Below, piece by piece: positions 1 to 10,071 of a DNA stretch of 59,077 nucleotides; the stretch's first letter is position 1; each line of letters begins with the position of its first letter. A model generated the notes under the pieces. The model was not told where the DNA came from. It saw only the letters and a list, made by a program, of their open reading frames with translations, and made no database searches. Location of the stretch: IMG/VR virus record IMGVR_UViG_3300032236_001008, positions 1-59,077 of that record, one strand, 5' to 3'. The position numbers and the translations under genes are program-made. This DNA comes from a virus. Taxonomy: Duplodnaviria > Caudoviricetes.

Positions 1-64
1 ATTACGCAGGATAAAACAAAGTCAACAACCGCCGGCGAATCTGGCGACATAATTATATAAGACT

Positions 65-2770
65 ATGGCCGATCAAAGTATATCACAACTACCAGTAGCC
101 GCTACCATAACAGGTAACGAGCTCGCTGTTGTTGTACAAAATGGCATTACAAAACAAGCACAAGTTTCACAACTTGCTAATGCCATATCGCCGGGCAAGT
201 TAATTAACTATTTGTACTTTAACGGTGCTAGTAATTTAATTGTAGTTTATACTGATTCAACAACACAAAATCTAGGTCCAATACCTGGTTTTATTGCGGC
301 AACAATTGCACCAAACGGTCACTTAATTTTAACCAATTCGACTGGCGGTACAACCGACGCTGGTTCTGTGTTTGCTTCTTTATCGCAAACCTTTTTAACT
401 GCTAACAACGAATCTGCTACATTACCAAACAGCCAGCAACTTATTGCTGGTGCAAACATTACATTAACCCCTGGCACCAATAGTTTAACGATTTCAACAT
501 CGGGTGCGGCGGGTAGTTTAAACGGTGTTGGCACTGGTATTATCGTAAAGAATACTAGCAACTCGGTTATTAACCGTACGCTTACCAGCACTGCTGGTAT
601 TTTGATTACCAATCCAGATGGAATTTCTGGTAATCCAATTATCTCCCCAGCATCTAAGTTGGCGGATATTCAGAATTTAGGAACCACTAGCATCCTTGCT
701 ATGGTTAGTGGCACTACAGTAGTGGGTCGTAACATCCTTGGTACAGCTAGTCAAATTACCGTAACTGGTGGTGATGGCTCTGCTAACCCAACGATTAGCA
801 TTACACCAAACCCTATTTTGCCTGGTAATGCGTCTGTAGTTTTACCAACGGGTACTACAGCACAACGCCCTGGTAACTTGGCTGGTCAGCTTCGTTTTAA
901 TACATCACTAAACGTATTTGAAGGACAAGATAGTTCTGGCGTATGGCAGACTATTGCACTAGGTGGTGGTGTTACTTCTGTTGGTACTGGCACTGGTTTA
1001 ACTGGTGGTCCAATCACATCAACTGGCACAATTAGTATTGCCAACACTGGCGTATCCGCGGCTACTTACGGTAGTGCATCAACAGTACCACAGATTGCAG
1101 TTAATGCTCAAGGTCAAATTACTTCTGCATCTAACATAACTATTACACCAAGTTCTATTGGTGCAATTAGCTCTGTAAGCGGTACTGCAAACGAAATTAC
1201 AGCAACAACAGTTGGTACAGCAGTTACTGTTAGCTTGCCAACTGCACTGACATTTACTGGTAAGACTGTAACAAACGGTACATTTAATATGGCTGCCGCT
1301 ACAGTCGGTAGCGACACTGTTACAACCAACACAGCAACACAGACACTTACTAACAAAACTATTAGTGGTTCGAGCAACACATTAAGTAACATTGGTAATA
1401 GCAGCTTAACAAACAGCTCATTGACAATTGGTACAACAAACATTGCACTGGGCGCAACAAGCCTTACATTAGGCGGCTTGACAACAGTAACGTTGACCCA
1501 AAACCCAGCTAATGCTTTAGATGCGGCAACTAAACAATATGTTGACGCAGCAGTTTCTAACGTTAACTATCACGCAGCGTGTAACTATGCTACAACCGCA
1601 GACTTAGGCACCGTACTTTATAATAACGGCGCATCTGGTATTGGTGCAACAATTACCAAGCTAACCCCATTTGCTACATTAGCAATTGACGGCGGTAGTC
1701 CAACAGTTGGTCAGCGTATCTTAGTTAAGAACGAGACCAGCGGCCAGTACAATGGTATTTATACCGTAACTAGCGTTGGCTCTGGGGCAACAGGATGGGT
1801 ATTAACCCGTGCAACGGACTATGACCAAACCGGTACGGGGCAAAATGAAATTGCGCCGGGTGATACAACATACATCATTAGTGGTACTGTAAATAACGGA
1901 ACTCAGTGGGTTCAAACCACAGATCTACCAATTACAATTGGTACAACACCGCTTGTATTTGCTCAAATCGCTGGTCCGGGTGCATACACAGCTGGTACAG
2001 GATTAAGTCTCACTGGAACACAGTTTAGCATTGCCAATACAGCAGTAACAGCAAATTCTTACGGCTCTGCAAGCTCTGTACCAACATTTACAGTAAACGC
2101 TCAAGGTCAATTAACTGCAGCGTCTAATACCAGTATTGCTATTGCTGGCTCACAAATTACATCTGGTGCGGTGCCAGTTGCTTATTGTGGTACTGGAGCA
2201 ACATCAACAACTGGCTCTGGTGCAAACGTATTAGCTACAAGCCCAACACTGGTAACTCCAGTATTAGGTACACCGACTTCTGTAACGCTGACTAACGCAA
2301 CTGGTTTGCCTTTGACAACTGGTGTGACAGGCACATTAGCTGTAACAAACGGTGGTACTGGTGTAACAAGTAGCACAGGTTCTGGTAGCAATGTATTAAA
2401 CACATCGCCAACATTGGTAACCCCCGTGCTAGGCACACCAACATCTGTAACGCTTACTAATGCAACTGGTTTGCCTTTGTCAACAGGCGTGACTGGCACA
2501 CTGGGCGTAGCTAACGGTGGTTCTGGTGCCGCAACATTTACAGCCGGTTATTTAAAAGCCAGCGGAACAACAGCATTTACTACAGTATCAAGCATTCCAA
2601 GTTCAGACATTACTGGTCTTGGCACAATGGCATCACAAAATGCTAACTCAGTCGCAATTACTGGTGGCAGCATTAACGGAACAACAATCGGTGCAAGTAC
2701 GGCAGCGGCTATCACTGGCACAACTATAACAGCAACAACATACGTCGGTATATCCGGAGGTACATTCTAA
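65..2770 (+). CDS. Long tail fibre / Gly-Thr-Ser-rich virion fibre protein
   Basis: 901 aa, G/T/S/A-rich; fibre-type motifs DAATKQYVD, GQRILVKNET..NGIY, YGSASxVP; internal ~55-aa repeat at about 2240-2500; ends GGTF like the 13986 protein. Confidence 0.8.
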   Translation: MADQSISQLPVAATITGNELAVVVQNGITKQAQVSQLANAISPGKLINYLYFNGASNLIVVYTDSTTQNLGPIPGFIAATIAPNGHLILTNSTGGTTDAGSVFASLSQTFLTANNESATLPNSQQLIAGANITLTPGTNSLTISTSGAAGSLNGVGTGIIVKNTSNSVINRTLTSTAGILITNPDGISGNPIISPASKLADIQNLGTTSILAMVSGTTVVGRNILGTASQITVTGGDGSANPTISITPNPILPGNASVVLPTGTTAQRPGNLAGQLRFNTSLNVFEGQDSSGVWQTIALGGGVTSVGTGTGLTGGPITSTGTISIANTGVSAATYGSASTVPQIAVNAQGQITSASNITITPSSIGAISSVSGTANEITATTVGTAVTVSLPTALTFTGKTVTNGTFNMAAATVGSDTVTTNTATQTLTNKTISGSSNTLSNIGNSSLTNSSLTIGTTNIALGATSLTLGGLTTVTLTQNPANALDAATKQYVDAAVSNVNYHAACNYATTADLGTVLYNNGASGIGATITKLTPFATLAIDGGSPTVGQRILVKNETSGQYNGIYTVTSVGSGATGWVLTRATDYDQTGTGQNEIAPGDTTYIISGTVNNGTQWVQTTDLPITIGTTPLVFAQIAGPGAYTAGTGLSLTGTQFSIANTAVTANSYGSASSVPTFTVNAQGQLTAASNTSIAIAGSQITSGAVPVAYCGTGATSTTGSGANVLATSPTLVTPVLGTPTSVTLTNATGLPLTTGVTGTLAVTNGGTGVTSSTGSGSNVLNTSPTLVTPVLGTPTSVTLTNATGLPLSTGVTGTLGVANGGSGAATFTAGYLKASGTTAFTTVSSIPSSDITGLGTMASQNANSVAITGGSINGTTIGASTAAAITGTTITATTYVGISGGTF

Positions 2771-2771
2771 C

Positions 2772-3140
2772 ATGGCAGCTACAGGCTACACACCCATATC
2801 GCTGTATTACTCTACTACTGCATCAGCAGCGCCGACTAATACAAACTTAGTCAACGGTGAGTTGGCAATCAACATTACTGATGGTAAACTGTATTATAAA
2901 GATAATACTGGTACTGTTAAGTTGTTGGCTTCAAACTCAGCAAGCTCGCCAGTTACATCGTTTCAGACATCACTTAGCGGTTTAACACCAAGCACCAGCA
3001 CGACAGGCGCAATTACGCTTGCTGGTACATTGGGCTTGACATCAGGTGGTACAGGAGCTACTACAGTTAGTGGCGCACAGACAAATTTACAAGTTGACCC
3101 TGCAGGTACTGCGGTGGCAATGGCAATCGCATTAGGATAA
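2772..3140 (+). CDS. Short tail-fibre-associated protein
   Basis: GELAINITDGKLYYK motif typical of phage fibre N-terminal/baseplate modules. Confidence 0.6.
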   Translation: MAATGYTPISLYYSTTASAAPTNTNLVNGELAINITDGKLYYKDNTGTVKLLASNSASSPVTSFQTSLSGLTPSTSTTGAITLAGTLGLTSGGTGATTVSGAQTNLQVDPAGTAVAMAIALG

Positions 3141-3149
3141 GGAAACCAA

Positions 3150-3479
3150 ATGGCAACTAATACATTTACACGATACGTAGCTAAAAACGTCGGCACAACT
3201 CCCGTTGTGTTAGTTACTGCTGCTTCTTCAACACAGACAACCGTGATCGGTTTGACTGCGGCTAACACAACCACAGCCCCAATTACTGTTGATGCTTATG
3301 TGACAGCATCAGCGACTAACTATTATGTAGTTAAGGGTGCTACAGTGCCTGTCGGTAGCTCACTGGCATTGTTCGGTGCTGACGGTAAGATCGTTCTGAA
3401 CACAGGCGATGCGTTTACTGTCGTGGCATCAAGCGCATCTGCTGCAGACGTAATTTTATCTTGCCTACAAATTAGCTAA
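3150..3479 (+). CDS. Small beta-rich virion structural protein
   Basis: 109 aa ORF with RBS (AAGGA) in the tail operon. Confidence 0.5.
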   Translation: MATNTFTRYVAKNVGTTPVVLVTAASSTQTTVIGLTAANTTTAPITVDAYVTASATNYYVVKGATVPVGSSLALFGADGKIVLNTGDAFTVVASSASAADVILSCLQIS

Positions 3480-3487
3480 GGATTAAC

Positions 3488-4861
3488 ATGTCCTACATTG
3501 GATCAACCCCAACTACTCAGAGCTTTATCGCTGGGACTGACTACTTCAATGGCGATGGATCTACTACTGCGTTTACCTTATCACGCTCTGTAGTATCAAC
3601 CAACGACATTCAAGCCACAGTCAACAACGTGGTGCAACAACCCAACACGGCATACACCGTGTCTGGCACGACTATTACGTTCACCTCTGCTCCATCAGCT
3701 GGCACAAGCAACATCTACGTTCGCTACCTGTCCACAACTACTCAGTCAATCACACCGAGCCAAAACACTGTCTCGTATAGCACGCTGAACAGCGACAACC
3801 AGAGCAAGCTGGGTATTAGCTTTAAGAACCGCATTATCAACGGTGCGATGGTTATTGCACAAAGAGGCACAAGTAGCCTTGCAACTAATAATATTACTAG
3901 TTTTCCAGTTGATAGAACATACGCAACAAGTAACTCAGCAACTAACAGGTTCAATGTACAACAAAATGCTGGTTCTGTAACTCCACCAGCTGGATTTACT
4001 AATTATTTTGGATGTACATCTGTTGGCGCATATTCCTTAACATCAGGAGAGCAGTTTATATTGCGCCATAATATTGAAGGATATAACTCTGCTGATTTAG
4101 CATGGGGAACTGCTAACGCTAAAACAGTTACTTTATCTTTTTGGGCTTATAGTTCACTAACTGGTTCCTTTGGTGGTTCACTATATAACTCAGATGGTAG
4201 CCGTTCATACCCATTTAGCTACACAATTAACTCTGCAAACACTTGGACTCAAATTGCGATTACCATTCCGGGTGACACAACTGGTACATGGGGAACAACC
4301 AACGGCGTGGGTATTACCATAGGATTTTCAGTTGGTGCGGGCTCAACATTTAGTGCTGCCGCAAATGCTTGGGCAGCTGGATACTATGTACAACCAACTG
4401 GCTCTGTTTCAGTAGTCGGTACATCTGGTGCAACGCTTTATCTTACAGGTCTACAATTTGAGGTAGGCACACAGGCAACGACTTTTGATTACCGCTCCTA
4501 TGGTACCGAATTGGCTCTTTGTCAGCGTTATTATTGGCAGTGGAGTGCTTCAACAAATAGTGCTTCTTATATTCAAAATATATTTGGATACACCTCAACA
4601 CTTTCTATTGGCATCGTTACAATGCCCATATACATGAGGGCAAATCCAACTCTTGTAACTACAGGTGTAGCAAGTAACTACAAAGTTGTGTTGGGTGGCT
4701 CATATTCTCAAAGTTCATCGTCTGTACCTTCTATAGACCAAAGCAATCCACAAGCAATTAATATGATTTACTACTCAACATCAGTCCCCGTTGGAACTCC
4801 CGGTATTGCAGGATCTAGTAACACAACAGCAACATATTTAGGCTTTAGTGCGGAGTTATAA
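3488..4861 (+). CDS. Tail adhesin/receptor-binding protein (type A)
   Basis: N-terminal FNGDGSTTAFTL anchor, then [10 protein letters not shown]...FDYRSYGTELALCQRYY carbohydrate-binding-like module. Confidence 0.65.
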   Translation: MSYIGSTPTTQSFIAGTDYFNGDGSTTAFTLSRSVVSTNDIQATVNNVVQQPNTAYTVSGTTITFTSAPSAGTSNIYVRYLSTTTQSITPSQNTVSYSTLNSDNQSKLGISFKNRIINGAMVIAQRGTSSLATNNITSFPVDRTYATSNSATNRFNVQQNAGSVTPPAGFTNYFGCTSVGAYSLTSGEQFILRHNIEGYNSADLAWGTANAKTVTLSFWAYSSLTGSFGGSLYNSDGSRSYPFSYTINSANTWTQIAITIPGDTTGTWGTTNGVGITIGFSVGAGSTFSAAANAWAAGYYVQPTGSVSVVGTSGATLYLTGLQFEVGTQATTFDYRSYGTELALCQRYYWQWSASTNSASYIQNIFGYTSTLSIGIVTMPIYMRANPTLVTTGVASNYKVVLGGSYSQSSSSVPSIDQSNPQAINMIYYSTSVPVGTPGIAGSSNTTATYLGFSAEL

Positions 4862-5023
4862 ATGACAACATATAAACTATACAAAAGTATTGATGGTGAA
4901 ATTCGTAATGTTTTGCGTGACAATAAAGACAGCATCCCATTCGACCCAGACAACACCGACTACCAAGCCTACCTTAAGTGGCTGGCTGACGGCAACACCC
5001 CCTTACCAGCGGAGAACGCATAA
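4862..5023 (+). CDS. Small tail-fibre chaperone (IPFDPDNTDYQAYLKW family)
   Basis: 53 aa, translated by hand (absent from ORF track); stop overlaps next ATG; paralog at 7813. Confidence 0.65.
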   Translation: MTTYKLYKSIDGEIRNVLRDNKDSIPFDPDNTDYQAYLKWLADGNTPLPAENA

Positions 5024-5538
5024 TGGCTATTAGTCAAATCAACTCAAACAGTTTGGCTAGTGGAGTACCAGCAAGCTCTAATATGCCGACTGGTAGTGTT
5101 ATTCAAACTGTAAATTATTCAACAACATCAGCGGCTGTTTATGCTTCTACATCAAATAACTCTTTTACAACAACAGGGTTTGGTGTAAGCATTACTCCAC
5201 AATTTTCTAATAGCAAAATTCTTGTTACTGTTTGTGCTAATGGTGGAACAGCCGCATCAGGTTCAGCATATTGGACTATATACAGAAATAACTCTACAAA
5301 TTTAGCAACTGGAACAGCACCTTCAGCTTTAAGTTCTACCAGAAATAATTTAAGTGGTGCATCTCCAATATTGCCTTTGTCTATGATGTTTTTAGATTCA
5401 CCAGCAACCACCAGTTCTACCACTTATACTGTTTATCAATTTACAAATGCTGGTGGAAATTCTGTTTATTTTGGTGCTCCTAATTCAGATTTACAATCAA
5501 TAGCTTTATCCATCACTGCTCAGGAAATTAAAGTATGA
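5023..5538 (+). CDS. Tail adhesin module (type B)
   Basis: GSVIQ..SITP..SNSKILV..LDSPATTSSTTY motifs; paralog at 7980. Confidence 0.6.
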   Translation: MAISQINSNSLASGVPASSNMPTGSVIQTVNYSTTSAAVYASTSNNSFTTTGFGVSITPQFSNSKILVTVCANGGTAASGSAYWTIYRNNSTNLATGTAPSALSSTRNNLSGASPILPLSMMFLDSPATTSSTTYTVYQFTNAGGNSVYFGAPNSDLQSIALSITAQEIKV

Positions 5539-5762
5539 TTACTATGTTTGAAGCTATTCGTGCGCTTAATCCTACAATTACAACTCTTATTCAAGAGGAT
5601 GCTTTTGATGTAGACCACAACCCAGTTAAATATGATAAAGCAGCAGCAGAAGCTAAATTAGCAGAATTACAAGCCGCTGAAGATGCCAAAAAAACTGCAG
5701 CATTGGCTAAACTAACTGCTCTTGGTTTAACCACCGCAGACTTAACTGCCCTAGGACTTTAA
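5535..5762 (+). CDS. Small fibre chaperone (type b)
   Basis: ALAKLTALGLT C-terminus; paralog at 8471. Confidence 0.55.
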   Translation: MITMFEAIRALNPTITTLIQEDAFDVDHNPVKYDKAAAEAKLAELQAAEDAKKTAALAKLTALGLTTADLTALGL

Positions 5763-5763
5763 T

Positions 5764-6750
5764 ATGAGCTATATTGGTAATCAACCCGTCTATCAGGCGT
5801 TTGTAACCGACCAGTTTTCTGGCAACGGTTCCACGACTGCGTTCACCATGTCGGTGGCCCCAGCCAATACGGCATCGGTTCTAGTTGCCGTATCGGGTGT
5901 CCTCCAAGACCCATCCACCTACTCGGTCTCTGGCACAACGCTAACCTTCTCCGCCGCTCCTCCATCCGGTACTGGCAACATCTCAGCTCGCTACCTTGGC
6001 ATCCCAGCTTCTGGCATCACCAACACAGCGTACAGCACCAAGACCGAGTTCACCGCCACTGCCGGCCAGACTACTTTCACAGTGCCTTCTTACACTGTCA
6101 ACTTCATCCAAGTCTACCGCAACGGCGTGCTCCTTGGCAACGCAGACTACACCGCCACTAACGGCACCACAGTGGTACTGACAACTGGTGCTACGGCTGG
6201 TGACATAGTAACCACTATTAGCTTTTTTGTAAGCTCAGTGTTAAATGCTATTCCAGCAACTAACGGCGCAGTAACAACACCATACATTTTAGATGGTGCT
6301 GTAACTCAATCTAAGTTGGCTTCCAATGTGGTTGGTACCGGCCCAGCGTTTTCTGTTTCTGCTAACGCATCACAGTCTGTACCAAACGCTACTGGTACAA
6401 AACTAACTTTTGACACTAAGCAATTTGATACTGCGAATATTTTTAATACAAGTACATCTAGGTTAACCCCCAACATCGCTGGATATTATCAGCTAAATAT
6501 TAATGCGGGAGTATCGTCTTATGCGTTTGTGACCCAGCTATATAAAAATGGCGCTGTATATTTTGGAGCTCAATTTGCTAGTCCATATTTAACTGGTATT
6601 GGCACAGGAGCTAACGCATCTTTGTGTGTATATGCAAACGGAACTACGGACTATTTTGAAGTTTATGTTTACCAAAATGGTGGCGCCAGTACAACTACTT
6701 ATAGCGGCAACGCTAATATATTTTCTGGCTTTTTAGTAAGGGCTGCGTAA
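5764..6750 (+). CDS. Tail adhesin with C1q-like C-terminal domain (type C)
   Basis: Same N-terminal anchor as 3488; GPAFS..FDT..FNTSTSRLTPNIAGYY..FSGFLV is C1q/TNF-like. Confidence 0.6.
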   Translation: MSYIGNQPVYQAFVTDQFSGNGSTTAFTMSVAPANTASVLVAVSGVLQDPSTYSVSGTTLTFSAAPPSGTGNISARYLGIPASGITNTAYSTKTEFTATAGQTTFTVPSYTVNFIQVYRNGVLLGNADYTATNGTTVVLTTGATAGDIVTTISFFVSSVLNAIPATNGAVTTPYILDGAVTQSKLASNVVGTGPAFSVSANASQSVPNATGTKLTFDTKQFDTANIFNTSTSRLTPNIAGYYQLNINAGVSSYAFVTQLYKNGAVYFGAQFASPYLTGIGTGANASLCVYANGTTDYFEVYVYQNGGASTTTYSGNANIFSGFLVRAA

Positions 6751-6917
6751 TGTTATACGAAAAAATTAAATCTATATATCCTAGTTTAACAAACGAAGAT
6801 TTTAGTCCTATTCGTGGAACTATTTATCTTCAAAACGACTCTGACGGCAAGGGTGACTACATTGCCAAGTGGGAACACCCAACTCTTGCCAAACCAACTG
6901 AGGATCAACTCAAATGA
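6750..6917 (+). CDS. XkdW-like small tail chaperone
   Basis: 55 aa hand-translated MLYEKIKSIYP..LQNDSDGKGDYIAKWEHPTLAKPT; coupled start/stop on both sides. Confidence 0.6.
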   Translation: MLYEKIKSIYPSLTNEDFSPIRGTIYLQNDSDGKGDYIAKWEHPTLAKPTEDQLK

Positions 6918-7810
6918 CACAAGCAGCAATATTAGCCGCATCAGGCTCCCCCGGCACCACGACAGGCTTCAAGAACCGCATCATCAACGGCGCGATGATA
7001 ATTTGGCAAAGAGGAACAAGTTTTTCTTCAACAGGTTATACCGCTGACCGTTGGTCTTTTTATGCAGGAACATCTCCAGTTGTAACTCAATCTACTGATG
7101 TTCCATCAGGTTTTAGATATTCTGCAGCTTTAAGCGGAACTGGTAGCACTGGTTTTACTCAAAAAATTGAATCAAACAATGTTTCTGATTTATCTGGTCA
7201 ATCCGTTACTGTATCTTTTTGGTTAAAACAATCTACAGGTGCAGGTTCTAATGCCATATCAATTTCTTTATCTTATGCAACAGCACAAGATAACTTTGGT
7301 TCAACCACATCAATTGGTTCCACAAATATCACTACAACCGCATCGTGGGCTTATTACACAGCAACATTTAATAGCTTACCAAGTGGTGTAACAAATGGTT
7401 TGCAATGCACCATTGTCACTAACAGCGGTTCTGCTGTTGCGTTCCAGCTTACTGGTGTCCAGCTCGAGGTTGGCACCACAGCAACAAACTTCGACTACCG
7501 TTCTATTGGTACTGAATTTGCACTTTGCCAACGCTATTATCAAGTATATTCGGATGCTGCAAATAGTAACTATACATTTATTTGGTCTGGATCTATTTCT
7601 GGGGCAACGTCATCCCAATACTTAAGTTCAATTTTAATTCCAATGCGAGCCGCACCTACAGGCACGGTTATTAATACTAATTCTTCATCAATGGGAACTC
7701 CGGGAATAGCTACAACTACTCCTAGTTTTGCAAGAATGACGGCTAGTGGTAATAGTTCGGATAGTAGGGCATATTTTCAACTTAACGCTTCGTTTTCAGC
7801 GGAACTTTAA
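6914..7810 (+). CDS. Tail adhesin (type A paralog)
   Basis: [10 protein letters not shown]...[17 protein letters not shown]...FSAEL, as in the 3488 ORF. Confidence 0.65.
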   Translation: MTQAAILAASGSPGTTTGFKNRIINGAMIIWQRGTSFSSTGYTADRWSFYAGTSPVVTQSTDVPSGFRYSAALSGTGSTGFTQKIESNNVSDLSGQSVTVSFWLKQSTGAGSNAISISLSYATAQDNFGSTTSIGSTNITTTASWAYYTATFNSLPSGVTNGLQCTIVTNSGSAVAFQLTGVQLEVGTTATNFDYRSIGTEFALCQRYYQVYSDAANSNYTFIWSGSISGATSSQYLSSILIPMRAAPTGTVINTNSSSMGTPGIATTTPSFARMTASGNSSDSRAYFQLNASFSAEL

Positions 7811-7812
7811 TC

Positions 7813-7980
7813 ATGTACAAATTAACCCCATTAGATTTAGACGGCAAACAAAAAATGGTTCAGCGACTATCTGACGGTGCATATATACCTTTTGCACCAG
7901 ACAACACAGACTACCAACAATACCTCAAATGGGTCGAGGAAGGCAACACACCACTACCCGCAGATGAAGGAGCAGCATAA
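7813..7980 (+). CDS. Small fibre chaperone (paralog of 4862)
   Basis: 55 aa hand-translated, [26 protein letters not shown]. Confidence 0.65.
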   Translation: MYKLTPLDLDGKQKMVQRLSDGAYIPFAPDNTDYQQYLKWVEEGNTPLPADEGAA

Positions 7981-8474
7981 TGGCGTTAACACAAGTACAA
8001 GGCGGGATGATTCTTGCCAGTGGTCAGTCAATACCTAAAGCTGCTTTGCCTACGGGTTCAGTGTTGCAAGTTGTTAATAGCACCTATACAAACGCATCGG
8101 CTCAAAGTACAACTAGTAGCACTTATGTACAAACACCTATTCAAGTAACCATTACTCCTACAAGCTCTACAAGCAAAATTTTAGTAAGAATGAATGTGTC
8201 TCAATCTTACGCTTCTACCAATTCTGGAAACATGGTATTAACTTTGTATAGAAATAATACTACAGAATTATCTAGCGGAAACCAATACGGTTTAAGTGCA
8301 GCTTACGCACAAGTTGCTGCTTTTGGAATGTATATTGAGTTTTTAGATTCACCAGCCACAACATCTGCTACAACATATACCGTTTATGCAAAATTTGTTG
8401 ATGCCAGTGGAACTTTTTATTATTTTAGAGACCATTGCTGGGCCACTATGACTGCTATGGAGATTGCCGCATGA
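7980..8474 (+). CDS. Tail adhesin (type B paralog)
   Basis: GSVLQVV..ITPTSSTSKILV..LDSPATTSATTY. Confidence 0.6.
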   Translation: MALTQVQGGMILASGQSIPKAALPTGSVLQVVNSTYTNASAQSTTSSTYVQTPIQVTITPTSSTSKILVRMNVSQSYASTNSGNMVLTLYRNNTTELSSGNQYGLSAAYAQVAAFGMYIEFLDSPATTSATTYTVYAKFVDASGTFYYFRDHCWATMTAMEIAA

Positions 8475-8698
8475 TTACTATTCACGAAGCTATTTATAAA
8501 TTAAATCCAACTGTTGTTCAAATTGAAGGCGATATTGCTTACGATAAAGATCGTAACGTTGTTGAATATGACAAACTAGCAGCACAAGCAGAGTTTGAAA
8601 AAACAACTAACGAAATTGCTACAACAAAAACAGCAGCACTAGCTAAACTGACTGCAATAGGATTAACTACTGACGAAATAAAGGCGTTGATAGGCTAA
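8471..8698 (+). CDS. Small fibre chaperone (paralog of 5535)
   Basis: MITIHEAI..ALAKLTAIGLT; ATGA overlap at 8471 preferred over the ORF-track start. Confidence 0.55.
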   Translation: MITIHEAIYKLNPTVVQIEGDIAYDKDRNVVEYDKLAAQAEFEKTTNEIATTKTAALAKLTAIGLTTDEIKALIG

Positions 8699-8699
8699 T

Positions 8700-8933
8700 A
8701 TGGACATCCAATTTATTATCAACACCATACTGCCACTCATCTGCGTCGTTATCGGCTGGTTCTGTAAAGAGCTTTGGACTGCCGTCCAGTCTCTGAAAGA
8801 AGATGTTTCCGACTTACGAAATCACCTTGCCGATAACTACATGCGCAAAGATGATTTCTCCAGTCGTTGGGAAGAAGTTCTCAAAGCTGTCCATCGTATT
8901 GAGGACAAGCTGGACGCAATGCGGGATAAGTAA
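8700..8933 (+). CDS. Small membrane protein with coiled coil (holin/XhlA-like lysis region protein)
   Basis: N-terminal TM helix followed by heptad repeat; precedes lysis genes. Confidence 0.45.
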   Translation: MDIQFIINTILPLICVVIGWFCKELWTAVQSLKEDVSDLRNHLADNYMRKDDFSSRWEEVLKAVHRIEDKLDAMRDK

Positions 8934-8939
8934 TGAATA

Positions 8940-9389
8940 ATGACAGACCCATTCGGAATAACAGAGGGCACGAAAGCCCTTGCACAGAGCATAGACTCTG
9001 CCCGGCAAGGATCTAAACAACTTAGCAAGTCTATCGAGGGTGTCCAAAAAGATGCCGTTGATCTAGCAAACCAAAGAGCCAACGAGCGCATCCGCGCCAG
9101 ACTTGAGGCAGAGTTCAAAAAGCAAAACGCTCTCATCAAAGCACTCGATGAGTGGAAGCGTAAAAAACAAATCTCCGAAGAAGAGGCCAGACTTAAAATC
9201 GACTTTGTCAAAAAATACGGAGCCAAGGAGTGGGAGGCACTTTTGAAAATTAAATTGGATATAGAAAACCTTGAACGAAAGAATAACGAAGAATTTCAAC
9301 ATGACCTTAAAGAGGTTAGAAAAGTGCAGTTCTACTGTTTTGCAGTGGCTGCGCTCATTGCTTGGTATCTTACGTGGGGTATTAAATAA
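8940..9389 (+). CDS. Coiled-coil protein with C-terminal TM anchor
   Basis: 149 aa; hydrophobic C-terminus FYCFAVAALIAWYLTW. Confidence 0.45.
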   Translation: MTDPFGITEGTKALAQSIDSARQGSKQLSKSIEGVQKDAVDLANQRANERIRARLEAEFKKQNALIKALDEWKRKKQISEEEARLKIDFVKKYGAKEWEALLKIKLDIENLERKNNEEFQHDLKEVRKVQFYCFAVAALIAWYLTWGIK

Positions 9390-9620
9390 ATGAACAGTAT
9401 TTTAACCCACATTCTTACCGGCAAAGACAACCAAACCCATGACATAGCCCGCTGGGCGTGGATGTTGGGCTTTCTCTTAGTTGGCGCTTGTGCCATCTAT
9501 CTAATCTATGCCGGCAAAGAGATCAGCCTAACAGAACTAGCTGGTGCCTTGGGCATTGTCTCTGGATCTGGTGCTGCCTCTGTTGCTGGTAAACAAATGT
9601 CTGGTGCGGAACCACAATAA
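9390..9620 (+). CDS. Putative holin
   Basis: 76 aa with two hydrophobic segments, upstream of spanins and endolysin. Confidence 0.55.
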   Translation: MNSILTHILTGKDNQTHDIARWAWMLGFLLVGACAIYLIYAGKEISLTELAGALGIVSGSGAASVAGKQMSGAEPQ

Positions 9621-10030
9621 TGTTCCCCCTTGGAATCATTACTTATGTCAAAATTGGATTATTTGCTCTGGCTATTCTTGGGGCTGGCTATACTGGCTAT
9701 AGTATTGAGGCTAGTCGTTTTGAACGTTACAAAGCGCAACAACTTGCAGAAACGCAAAAGGCTCAAGAACTACATCAAACAGCCACGGACCAAATAAGAA
9801 AAGAAAAAGATGATCAAATCGCTTCTATTAACAATCAGTTGCTCGATGCTGTTAGCCAGCTGCGTAGCCGTCCCAATCGCACCCAAAGCTCCAGCAATGG
9901 ACAAGACGGAACTGGGCGATCCCTTTCTGCCGAGGATGCAGAATTTCTTGTTAGGGAAGCTGCCAGAGCCGACCAGCTCAGAACAGGCCTCCAAGCCTGC
10001 TACGCCCAATACGACGCACTAAGTAAGTGA
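9620..10030 (+). CDS. Rz: i-spanin (Rz-like)
   Basis: N-terminal TM, coiled coil, C-terminal ADQLRTGLQACY. Confidence 0.7.
   Translation: MFPLGIITYVKIGLFALAILGAGYTGYSIEASRFERYKAQQLAETQKAQELHQTATDQIRKEKDDQIASINNQLLDAVSQLRSRPNRTQSSSNGQDGTGRSLSAEDAEFLVREAARADQLRTGLQACYAQYDALSK
9810..10022 (+). CDS. Rz1: Embedded o-spanin lipoprotein (Rz1-like)
   Basis: +1 frame inside Rz; lipobox LLAS-C, Pro-rich mature part. Confidence 0.65.
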   Translation: MIKSLLLTISCSMLLASCVAVPIAPKAPAMDKTELGDPFLPRMQNFLLGKLPEPTSSEQASKPATPNTTH

Positions 10031-10071
10031 CCCCACCATTCACGCTATAATGGCGTGGAGAAGGAGCCCAA

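Noticed and set aside
3488-8698. Diversity-generating retroelement or shufflon acting on the adhesins
   Set aside because: No reverse transcriptase or invertase, and no TR/VR pair differing only at adenines. The paralogs differ at all bases.
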